DNA of 57,099 bases from Bacteroidales bacterium (GTDB lineage: Bacteria > Bacteroidota > Bacteroidia > Bacteroidales > ML635J-15). Positions within the stretch are counted from its first letter, which is position 1; each line of letters starts with the position of its first letter. The translations under genes and the position numbers were made by a program. The notes below the pieces were generated by a model. It saw nothing but the letters and a program-made list of their open reading frames with translations. It did not search any database and was not told where the DNA came from. Of the stretch, positions 1 through 7,430 are shown piece after piece. Location of the stretch: NCBI GenBank assembly GCA_023228725.1, contig JALOAQ010000001.1:1-57099 (forward strand), written 5' to 3'.

Positions 1-1
1 A

Positions 2-382
2 TTTGAAAAACTTGTAATTTGGAAATCCGCAATGGAATATGGAGAATTAATAAACAAAACAGTTTTAAGTTTTCCAAAAGACGAAGCGTTTTATCTAATA
101 AATCAATTTCGCAAGGCAGCAGATTCTATTGCATTAAATATTGCCGAAGGAGCTATTGTACAGTCGAACCCAAATCAAATTAGACTAACATCTTATTCTA
201 TACGCTCTATTGCTGAGGTAGTTACCTGCTTGTACAAAGCAAGAAATAGAAATTTTATTAGTGAAGATTTTTTTGATATAGCTTATCAAGATGCTCACAA
301 ATTATTAAAAATGCTAGTTGCTTTTAAAGCAAAATTAGAAGAGGTAAATAAAAATAGAATTTTAAAACAAGATTCTGAATAA
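2..382 (+). CDS. four-helix-bundle protein (23S rRNA intervening-sequence protein family), 5' end cut by window edge
   Basis: Frame is open from nt 2 (FEKLVIWKSAM...). The SIALNIAEGA motif and ~115 aa size are typical of this family. Confidence 0.7.
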   Translation, partial: FEKLVIWKSAMEYGELINKTVLSFPKDEAFYLINQFRKAADSIALNIAEGAIVQSNPNQIRLTSYSIRSIAEVVTCLYKARNRNFISEDFFDIAYQDAHKLLKMLVAFKAKLEEVNKNRILKQDSE

Positions 383-401
383 AAACATTAAAACTTTAAT
401 T

Positions 402-761
402 ATGAATTTGAATAATAGGGTACAACTAATAGGAATAATTGCAAATCATCCCGTTATAAGAACTTTCGGCTCAGGTAACAAAGTTGCAAGATTTACAATA
501 GAAACCACAGACGTTTATAAACAAGGCGAAAAATTGGTTAAAGAAGTTTTAAGGCATAATGTTGTTGCTTGGGGAAGTTTAGCCGAAATGGTTAGCAATT
601 CTTTATCAAAATCTTCAGAAATTGCTGTTGACGGAAAACTAATGCGACGTTCTTATACCGACCACAGAGGAGATACGCAATATATCACAGAAGTTGTGTT
701 AACAACAATTGTACGAAGTTCGTTTATGCAAGACTTTTCACAAAATACAAAATCTGCATAA
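402..761 (+). CDS. ssb: single-stranded DNA-binding protein-like (short, no acidic C-terminal tail)
   Basis: OB-fold SSB pattern: NRVQLIGI....P..R....G..VARF.I...; HNVVAWG..AE; AVDGKL..RSY.D..G....ITEVV. Confidence 0.7.
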   Translation: MNLNNRVQLIGIIANHPVIRTFGSGNKVARFTIETTDVYKQGEKLVKEVLRHNVVAWGSLAEMVSNSLSKSSEIAVDGKLMRRSYTDHRGDTQYITEVVLTTIVRSSFMQDFSQNTKSA

Positions 762-765
762 ACCC

Positions 766-796
766 AAAAACCGAGCTTTAAAGTTCGGTTTTTTTA
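766..796. terminator. bidirectional intrinsic terminator between ssb-like gene and sixA
   Basis: aaaaaccga-gctttaaagt-tcggttttt hairpin with an A-run on one side and a T-run on the other, between convergent genes. Confidence 0.6.
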
Positions 797-1282
797 TATA
801 GTTTTAGGGGTAAAAAATTTCAATATTTTACCGGTTTCTGCTTCTATATCATCCCATTTATAGAAATCCAACTCAATATGCGCCACACTACTTGTAGGCA
901 TATTATCAATATTGGAGCTTGTTAATAAATTTGCAAAACTTGTTATCCCAGGATTATGAGCTATTAAAAAAACATGTTTAGTTTTCACATTTTGTTCCAT
1001 TAAAACCTCAATAAATTCAGAAGTACTACACAAATATATTTCATCAACAAATTCAATTTCATCTTCGGGATAATCAATTTGTTCTGCAATAATTTCGGCA
1101 GTGTGGGCAGCTCTTTCGGCTGGGCTTGAAATTATTAAATCTGGTTTTGGTAAATGTTTTGCAAGATATTCACCTATCTTGTAAGCATCATCAATTCCTC
1201 TCTCAGTTAATATTCTGTCAAAATCAGAATCGCTGGTGTCTTGCTCAGATTTAGCATGACGAATCAAGGTTAAAAGTTTCAT
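794..1282 (-). CDS. sixA: histidine phosphatase family protein (SixA-type phosphohistidine phosphatase)
   Basis: N-terminal LIRHAKS (RH catalytic motif), later LIAHNPG; ~160 aa. Confidence 0.7.
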   Translation of the reverse strand: MKLLTLIRHAKSEQDTSDSDFDRILTERGIDDAYKIGEYLAKHLPKPDLIISSPAERAAHTAEIIAEQIDYPEDEIEFVDEIYLCSTSEFIEVLMEQNVKTKHVFLIAHNPGITSFANLLTSSNIDNMPTSSVAHIELDFYKWDDIEAETGKILKFFTPKTI

Positions 1283-1397
1283 TTTTAAGACTTAAACAAT
1301 ATAGATTTTATTAAATACTTTTACTTAAAATAATTTTTTGCAATAATATTTATTTTTTTTGAAATAACAAAGAAGAAGCTTTGTTTTTTTTAAGTTT

Positions 1398-3431
1398 TCA
1401 ACTGATTACTGAACCATTTTGGGTTATTTTTTCAGGGCTAATAAACTTTAAACTACCGTCTTGGTCTGTAGCCATTAAAATCATTCCTGCAGATTCTATA
1501 CCTCTCAATTTTCGAGGAGCAAGATTAATTAAAACGCATACTTGTTTGCCAATAATTTCTTCAGGTTTATAATATTCGGCAATACCCGAAACAATTGTTC
1601 GTTTATCAACACCTGTATCAACCAAAAGTTTTAATAATTTATCAGCCTTTTCAACCTTTTCTGCTTCTAAAATTGTGGCAATTCTAATATCTTGTTTTAC
1701 AAAATCATCATAAGTAATTTCTTCTTTTTGTGGGTCTATTGTTTTTTCAGAAAGTTCATTCATCTTTTTAGTTTTTTCAAGTTTATTTAACTGTTTTTCA
1801 ATTTTTTCATCATCAATAATTTCAAATAAAAGTTCGGCATTATTAATTTTATGCTCAGGCTTTAACAAATCAAATTTTAAAACATCTTCCCAATCTGTTT
1901 TGCCCATATTTAGTAAATTACGAAGTTTTAAAGATGTAAAAGGCAAAAACACTTCACTTAAAATTACATTTATAGCACATAGTTGAAGAGAATAATACAT
2001 AATTGTTTTTACTCTTTCCGGATTTGTTTTAATTAATTTCCAAGGCTCTGTATCGGCTAAATATTTATTCCCTATTCTAGAAATTTGCATAAAATCTTTT
2101 AGAGCTTCTCTAAACTTATAATTTTCTATATTTTTTTCAATAGAAGATTTAATTCTAAAAACCTCTTCACGTATTTCCTGCTCAACTTGTGTAATTTCAC
2201 TTGGTTGAGGTAGTTTCCCATCATAATATTTATGAGTAAGAACAAGTGCTCTATTTACAAAATTCCCGAAAATAGCTACTAATTCATTATTATTTCTGGC
2301 TTGAAAATCTTTCCAAGTAAAATCGCTATCCTTAGTTTCGGGAGCATTTGCACAAAGTACATAACGCAACACATCTTGTTTATTTGGAAATTCTTCTAAA
2401 TATTCGTGTAGCCAAACAGCCCAATTTCTAGAAGTACTGATTTTATCGCCTTCTAAGTTTAAGAATTCGTTAGCTGGAACATTTTCGGGTAAAATATAAC
2501 TACCTTCTTGTTTCAACATTGCAGGAAAAATAATACAATGAAAAACTATATTATCCTTTCCTATAAAGTGTACTAATTTAGTTTCAGAATCTTTCCAATA
2601 TTTTTCCCAATCCTGTCTTAATTCTTTTGTTGCCGAAATATATCCAATAGGCGCATCAAACCAAACATAAAGAACTTTGTTTTCTGCTTGAGGTATAGGT
2701 AATTTTACACCCCAATTCAAATCTCGGGTTACAGCACGTGGAAAAAGTCCTGCATCTAACCAAGATTTACACTGACCATAAACATTAGTTTTCCATTCTT
2801 TATGCTCTTCAAGAATCCATTGTTTAAGCCAATTTTCATATTTATCCAAAGGCAAATACCAATGTTTAGTTTCTTTCAAAACAGGTTTATTTCCACTTAT
2901 AACCGAAACTGGATTAATTAACTCGTCTGAACTAAGTGAAGAACCACAGCTTTCGCATTGGTCGCCATAAGCATTTTCAGCTCCACATTTTGGACAAGTT
3001 CCTATGATATATCTATCGGCTAAAAACTGATTTTCAGCATCATCAAAAAATTGTTTACTCGTCTTTTCAATAAATTCTCCTTTATCGTACAAGCTTTTAA
3101 AAAAACTTGCAGCTGTTTCATGATGAATTTTATTACTAGTACGGCTATATATATCAAAAGAAATTCCAAATTTTTCAAATGAATCTTTTATAATATTATG
3201 ATAACGATCAACTATTTTTTGTGGACTTACTCCTTCTTTTCTTGCTGTAAGAGTGATTGGTACGCCATGTTCATCAGAACCACCAATAAAAACCACATCT
3301 TGATGTTTTAATCTTAAATATCTTACGTAAATGTCGGCGGGTACATAAACTCCTGCAAGATGACCAATATGAATAGGACCGTTTGCATAAGGCAAAGCTG
3401 TTGTAACAGTATATCTTTTAAATTCTTTCAT
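1398..3431 (-). CDS. metG: methionine--tRNA ligase
   Basis: PIHIGHLAG (HIGH), GDKISTSRN (KMSKS variant), CPKCG/CESCG zinc knuckles, C-terminal tRNA-binding domain. Start moved to the internal ATG (MKEFKRY...) because a -7 box lies inside the longer ORF. Confidence 0.95.
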   Translation of the reverse strand: MKEFKRYTVTTALPYANGPIHIGHLAGVYVPADIYVRYLRLKHQDVVFIGGSDEHGVPITLTARKEGVSPQKIVDRYHNIIKDSFEKFGISFDIYSRTSNKIHHETAASFFKSLYDKGEFIEKTSKQFFDDAENQFLADRYIIGTCPKCGAENAYGDQCESCGSSLSSDELINPVSVISGNKPVLKETKHWYLPLDKYENWLKQWILEEHKEWKTNVYGQCKSWLDAGLFPRAVTRDLNWGVKLPIPQAENKVLYVWFDAPIGYISATKELRQDWEKYWKDSETKLVHFIGKDNIVFHCIIFPAMLKQEGSYILPENVPANEFLNLEGDKISTSRNWAVWLHEYLEEFPNKQDVLRYVLCANAPETKDSDFTWKDFQARNNNELVAIFGNFVNRALVLTHKYYDGKLPQPSEITQVEQEIREEVFRIKSSIEKNIENYKFREALKDFMQISRIGNKYLADTEPWKLIKTNPERVKTIMYYSLQLCAINVILSEVFLPFTSLKLRNLLNMGKTDWEDVLKFDLLKPEHKINNAELLFEIIDDEKIEKQLNKLEKTKKMNELSEKTIDPQKEEITYDDFVKQDIRIATILEAEKVEKADKLLKLLVDTGVDKRTIVSGIAEYYKPEEIIGKQVCVLINLAPRKLRGIESAGMILMATDQDGSLKFISPEKITQNGSVIS

Positions 3432-3446
3432 TAATCTAAATTTTTG

Positions 3447-3454
3447 CAAAAATA
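3447..3454 (-). promoter_or_regulatory. Bacteroidota -7 promoter box (TATTTTTG) for metG
   Basis: Reverse complement matches TAnnTTTG, 15 nt upstream of the metG ATG at 3431. Confidence 0.5.
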
Positions 3455-3528
3455 AGAAATTTGAAAACAAATAGAAATAAATGATATAAAATCACAGAAA
3501 AATCTGTAAGTTTTTTTGAGGAGGAGAC

Positions 3529-3605
3529 TGTAAAAGTGGGGTTTTGGCGGGATTTTTGTTGCAAAGCAAAACAAAAATCATGACAAAACAGGCGGAAAAT
3601 TCAAC
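3529..3605. repeat. repeat module B, copy 1 (partner at 52893..52975)
   Basis: tgtaaaag..ggggttttggcgggatttttg..caaaaatcatgacaaaacaggcggaaaattcaac is shared with the 52.9 kb locus. It contains a 10-bp perfect hairpin stem, 3551-3560 pairing with 3570-3579. Confidence 0.8.
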
Positions 3606-3610
3606 CTCAG

Positions 3611-3670
3611 CTCTCGACCGATAATTATCGGTCATTTCGAGCGAAGCTCTGCTTTGTGAGAAATCTCCCC
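3611..3670. repeat. GC-richer palindromic element
   Basis: Perfect 18-bp palindrome gaccgataattatcggtc (3616-3633), followed by catttcgagcgaagctc...gagaaatc nested inverted repeats. Resembles short palindromic intergenic repeats common in Bacteroidota. Confidence 0.5.
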
Positions 3671-3806
3671 TGCTATGCTCATATTAATTGTTTTTTCTTG
3701 TTATTTATTTTTCTGAGCCTCCCTCTCTTAAAAACAAATCGACATTGCTACAAAAAACACAAAGGGCTATCCAATATTTGGGCATACTACCCAAACAAAC
3801 CCCTAG

Positions 3807-3841
3807 TTTGTTACGTTCTATTGTTACAAAATTAACAATAA
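3807..3841 (+). repeat. left 35-bp direct repeat flanking the RM cassette
   Basis: tttgttacGttctattGTTacaaaattaacaataa versus tttgttacTttctattCCCacaaaattaacaataa at 5900..5934 (31 of 35 identical by eye). Confidence 0.75.
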
Positions 3842-3882
3842 TTTTTATAAAACAATTGTTTTTATTAGTTTTATTTAATAAT

Positions 3883-4926
3883 TTATCTTTGGAAATTGGG
3901 GATTTCTAATTTTTTTGTTACCTGTTGGATATTTGTTTTTTGTGATATTCTTTTTAGTCGTTTATTTCTAATTATTATTCTAAAATAAGGATATTTTCCG
4001 CCTATTGATAAATCTTTCTCATCATCTCCTTTTCTGAATTTGATTATTTCAAATTGGTCAGGGTTAAATTTATGTAAAAACGTAATGGGCACTCCCATAA
4101 ACCCATCATAGTCCATTGGAATATTTTGCGTTTTATCTACATTAATTCCGTTGTAATTGTCATATTTCGGGTATTCAATTTCATTTCCATGATACTTCTT
4201 TGTAAGCTTAATGTCTTCGTGTCGTTTAGATGTGTCTAAATTAGTGAGCCATAGACAATTATTAGGTGAAATTATTCTGTTACCTAAATTATCTATTTTG
4301 GTTTCTGTTCCATAAAGTTCATAGTGTTCGGGTACAATAAAACCTGAAATACCTCTGCCAAGATTTATTCCTAACCAAGATTTGTTCTCTTTGATGAGTT
4401 TAAATATTTCTTTGTATGTTATAGCATTGATATTACCTATTATTAGAAATTCCTTTTTGAACTTAACTATTTGGGCTACAAAATCTCTAAATAAAGAAAA
4501 TGGGGGATTTGTAACAACGATATCAGATTGTTTTAGTAGTTCAATACTTTCTGCACTGCGAAAATCTCCATCACCTTTGAAGTAAGCAATATCCTTTGAT
4601 GTTGGAGTAATATTTTCTTCATCTCTTCCTGTGTAAATATAAAATGAACCATTTTCGGTTTTATTGGAATTAAACAAATCCATTTCTTGTTCTCTATAAC
4701 AAGATGCTATTAATTTTTTAAGTCCTAAATCCTTGAAATTTGATGCAAAATATTTGAAAAAATTACTAATTGTAGGGTCATCACAATTGCAATAAACTAC
4801 TTTATCTCTAAAATGTTCTTTATAATGTTGTAATTCACTTTCTATATCAGAAAGTTGAGTATAAAACTCATCACTTTTTGATTTTTTAGCTTGTTGCAGT
4901 AATTTATTTGTTGCATTTCTTGCCAT
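3883..4926 (-). CDS. N6-adenine DNA methyltransferase, M.EcoRI-like
   Basis: MARNATNKLL..KSKSDEFYTQ N-terminus, VVYCNCDDP and VVTNPPFSLFR motifs. Collinear with M.EcoRI as I remember it. Lies 3 nt downstream of the R gene. Confidence 0.85.
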   Translation of the reverse strand: MARNATNKLLQQAKKSKSDEFYTQLSDIESELQHYKEHFRDKVVYCNCDDPTISNFFKYFASNFKDLGLKKLIASCYREQEMDLFNSNKTENGSFYIYTGRDEENITPTSKDIAYFKGDGDFRSAESIELLKQSDIVVTNPPFSLFRDFVAQIVKFKKEFLIIGNINAITYKEIFKLIKENKSWLGINLGRGISGFIVPEHYELYGTETKIDNLGNRIISPNNCLWLTNLDTSKRHEDIKLTKKYHGNEIEYPKYDNYNGINVDKTQNIPMDYDGFMGVPITFLHKFNPDQFEIIKFRKGDDEKDLSIGGKYPYFRIIIRNKRLKRISQKTNIQQVTKKLEIPNFQR

Positions 4927-4929
4927 TGC

Positions 4930-5766
4930 CTATTTCTTTTCGGTTAGCTGCTTGAACAAATCACTTCCTAAAACTTGGAGAGATGTTTTAGAAACCTCCA
5001 TCATTATTTCAAACATTGTTTTAATATTCCATCTTTCTCCATTACCTTGTGTATAAATAGATGTAGCTTGAAGCATAATGGTTTTATCCTTATGCTTAAC
5101 AAATTTATTTTTACATAAATTGGTATTGATTGGCATCCCATAATTTGCAGAAGTCAATTTATCTAATCTATTCAACATTCCAGAATTGTATTCCAAGCTT
5201 ACTACTCTACCATCAGGTCTTTTGATAGAGATAGTTTCTGTTAGAAAATTTGACCCTTCCAAAAATAATATGTAAGGAAAATGTGATTCAGATAGCATTA
5301 GGTTTGCAATTTCAGATATGTTTTTATGCGATCTTTCAATTGCATTACCAGCAGCCATTAAATCTTGATTGTTATCCTTACCTACTAATTTACCCTTTTT
5401 GATATTTTCAATGTCCTTTCCTTGATGCTTGGCTTCTGATACTAGAATAATTCTCCAATTTTCATTGTCATCTTTGACTTCTATTATTCCACCATCAGGA
5501 ATTATACTTGAATTTGCAACAAAAAGAGTTTGACCTAAGTCTTTATCAACTTTTTGTAGTGCTTCATTTATTTCTTCTTTTCTTATACTTGTTCTATGGC
5601 GAAAAGATAATTGGGGAAATTCATTTTCAAGTTGCTCGATAACAAGATTCGATATTTTTCCAACAGTAACATCGTGTAACTTCGCTTCATTGCTAAATAT
5701 ACCAACAACGCCATGCGTTTCTTTATGTTGTTTTGTTAACCTTTTAGATTGATTTTTCTTAGCCAT
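4930..5766 (-). CDS. type II restriction endonuclease, R.EcoRI-like (predicted GAATTC)
   Basis: 278 aa. IPDGGIIEVKDD...SEAKHQGKD (PD..E.K catalytic residues), DLMAAGNAIERSHKNISEIAN (the EcoRI recognition segment) and SESHFPYILFLEGSNFLTE all match remembered R.EcoRI blocks. Confidence 0.85.
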   Translation of the reverse strand: MAKKNQSKRLTKQHKETHGVVGIFSNEAKLHDVTVGKISNLVIEQLENEFPQLSFRHRTSIRKEEINEALQKVDKDLGQTLFVANSSIIPDGGIIEVKDDNENWRIILVSEAKHQGKDIENIKKGKLVGKDNNQDLMAAGNAIERSHKNISEIANLMLSESHFPYILFLEGSNFLTETISIKRPDGRVVSLEYNSGMLNRLDKLTSANYGMPINTNLCKNKFVKHKDKTIMLQATSIYTQGNGERWNIKTMFEIMMEVSKTSLQVLGSDLFKQLTEKK

Positions 5767-5798
5767 TTATCTAATTTGTTACATTCCATTTGATTACG

Positions 5799-5806
5799 CA
5801 AAGATA
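5799..5806 (-). promoter_or_regulatory. -7 promoter box (TATCTTTG) for the R-M operon
   Basis: Reverse complement matches TAnnTTTG, 32 nt upstream of the R-gene ATG. Confidence 0.45.
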
Positions 5807-5867
5807 CTAATTTTTTTAGAATGATGCAATTTTTCTTAGCTTACAGTCTAACTCACTTACCCACGCT

Positions 5868-5877
5868 CCCCCCCCCC
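5868..5877. repeat. C10 (G10 on the coding strand) homopolymer
   Basis: Ten consecutive C in otherwise AT-rich DNA, about 60 nt upstream of the RM -7 box. Confidence 0.9.
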
Positions 5878-5899
5878 ATATCCAGAAATAATCCACCAA

Positions 5900-5934
5900 T
5901 TTGTTACTTTCTATTCCCACAAAATTAACAATAA
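5900..5934 (+). repeat. right 35-bp direct repeat flanking the RM cassette
   Basis: See 3807..3841. Confidence 0.75.
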
Positions 5935-5970
5935 ATTCTAATATTTGGGCTTAAACTTAATTTAATTTCC

Positions 5971-6079
5971 AAAAAAAAAACTCCGAGTTTTAAAACTCGA
6001 ACCGATTTGATGGCTAAAAACGAAACTTTATTTGGGAATTTACGTATAATCTAAGATGGGGTTGTTGGTTTTAGGTTTT
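5971..6079. repeat. repeat module A, copy 1 (partner at 52790..52893)
   Basis: About 100 bp is roughly nine-in-ten identical by eye to 52790-52893. It includes the palindrome cgagttttaaaactcg (5984-5999) next to an A10 run, which reads as hairpin plus T10 on the minus strand. Confidence 0.8.
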
Positions 6080-6207
6080 CTACTAAAAGTTTCTAACTTA
6101 TAATACCTGCCTTTATTCTTGCCTCGCTTTTTTAAATAGGTTCAAGTTCTGCAATTTTCATTTTTCAAAAAATTTAAACAAAACTTGTAGTTTTTAGTTT
6201 ATATATT

Positions 6208-6215
6208 TAATTTTG
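6208..6215 (+). promoter_or_regulatory. -7 promoter box (TAATTTTG) upstream of the beta-barrel protein gene
   Basis: Matches TAnnTTTG, 63 nt upstream of the ATG at 6279. Confidence 0.4.
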
Positions 6216-6278
6216 TGAAATATTTTATGGAGTATCCGAAAATCCAAAAAAGAGTAGGTAATTAAAAAACAATAATTG

Positions 6279-6758
6279 ATGAAGAAATTTTTTTTACTAA
6301 GCATTTTCGCTTTTTTATTTAGCATGTTTGTTTCAGCTCAAGTAAATTCTAATGCTATTGGTTTAAGATTTGGTGTTGGAAGTTTTAATGGAGCTGAACT
6401 TTCTTACCAAAAAGGTTTTGGCTCTTCAAACCGACTTGAGTTAGATTTAGGCTGGGGTGGTAATTCTAGTAATTACGGATTATCTTTAGCTGGAATTTAT
6501 CATTGGAATTGGAATATCGTTGAAGGATTAAATTGGTATGTTGGTCCTGGTGCAAGTGTTGGTTATTATCATTACGCCGGATATGAAGATCGTTTAGGTG
6601 TAGCGCTTGGTGGGCAAATTGGTTTAGAATATGATTTTAATACTTTAGGCGCTCCTTTGTTGCTAAGTATTGATTCACGCCCAATGTGGGACTTTTTAGG
6701 CGATACCAACCATAGCTTATATTGGGGTGGTGCCTTATCTATAAGATACACATTTTAA
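6279..6758 (+). CDS. small outer-membrane beta-barrel protein
   Basis: Signal peptide MKKFFLLSIFAFLFSMFVSAQ, alternating Gly/aromatic beta-strand pattern, C-terminal ...IRYTF. ATG at 6279 preferred over the TTG at 6276. Confidence 0.65.
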   Translation: MKKFFLLSIFAFLFSMFVSAQVNSNAIGLRFGVGSFNGAELSYQKGFGSSNRLELDLGWGGNSSNYGLSLAGIYHWNWNIVEGLNWYVGPGASVGYYHYAGYEDRLGVALGGQIGLEYDFNTLGAPLLLSIDSRPMWDFLGDTNHSLYWGGALSIRYTF

Positions 6759-6780
6759 TTAAAAGAAATTAAAGAAATAA

Positions 6781-6819
6781 AAAAGAGGCTACCCTTATAA
6801 GACAGCCTCTTTTTTTTTA
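6781..6819. terminator. bidirectional intrinsic terminator
   Basis: agaggct-(13 nt)-agcctct hairpin followed by T9, preceded by an A-run, between convergent genes. Confidence 0.7.
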
Positions 6820-6833
6820 TTATTAAGAAAACA

Positions 6834-7418
6834 TTATTTAATTTTTTCTTTTGCAAATTCATATCCTGCATGTAAGGCTTTTATATTCATTTCTACAAGC
6901 TCATCACCTTTTTTACCAAATAATGATTTTATCCCGCCTTCAAGTTCTTCAATAGCAAATCCTAAAAAAGGAGTAGCAGCACCAAGTACAACAACATTAG
7001 AAGATCTTACATTTCCTAAATCTTTTGCAATTTGCTCTGCATCTAAAGCAATTTTGTTTGGAAGCTTATCTATTGCAGCATAAATCTCTTCATCTTCAGG
7101 ATAATTTGGGATATTTTTAAATGGAACAGTATTGGTAATAAGATAACCGTCTTTTTTCAAAAAAGGTAAATATCTTAAAGATTCCATAGGTTCTACAGAT
7201 ATAATCATATCTGCATGTCCTTTAGTAATTAAATCTGAATAAATTGGTTTATCCGAAATTCTTAAATTTGATTGAACATCGCCTCCGCGTTGGCTCATTC
7301 CATGCACCTCGGCTTGTTTTAAGTATAAATTTTTATTTATAGCACTTGAGCCAATAATGGCAGCAATTGTTAAAATTCCTTGTCCGCCAACGCCTGCTAA
7401 AATTATGTCTTTTTTCAT
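6834..7418 (-). CDS. iorB: indolepyruvate:ferredoxin oxidoreductase subunit beta
   Basis: AGVGGQGILT N-terminus and ~190 aa. Lies directly downstream of iorA. Confidence 0.8.
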   Translation of the reverse strand: MKKDIILAGVGGQGILTIAAIIGSSAINKNLYLKQAEVHGMSQRGGDVQSNLRISDKPIYSDLITKGHADMIISVEPMESLRYLPFLKKDGYLITNTVPFKNIPNYPEDEEIYAAIDKLPNKIALDAEQIAKDLGNVRSSNVVVLGAATPFLGFAIEELEGGIKSLFGKKGDELVEMNIKALHAGYEFAKEKIK

Positions 7419-7430
7419 GTTTGTAAATTT

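Noticed and set aside
1381-1572. 63-aa ORF overlapping the metG 3' end
   Set aside because: It is antisense to metG and has no supporting signals.
3688-3909. 73-aa ORF in the metG-RM intergenic region
   Set aside because: It has a non-ATG start and a hydrophobic low-complexity sequence. It runs across the 35-bp direct repeat and into the methylase 3' end. It is more likely non-coding.
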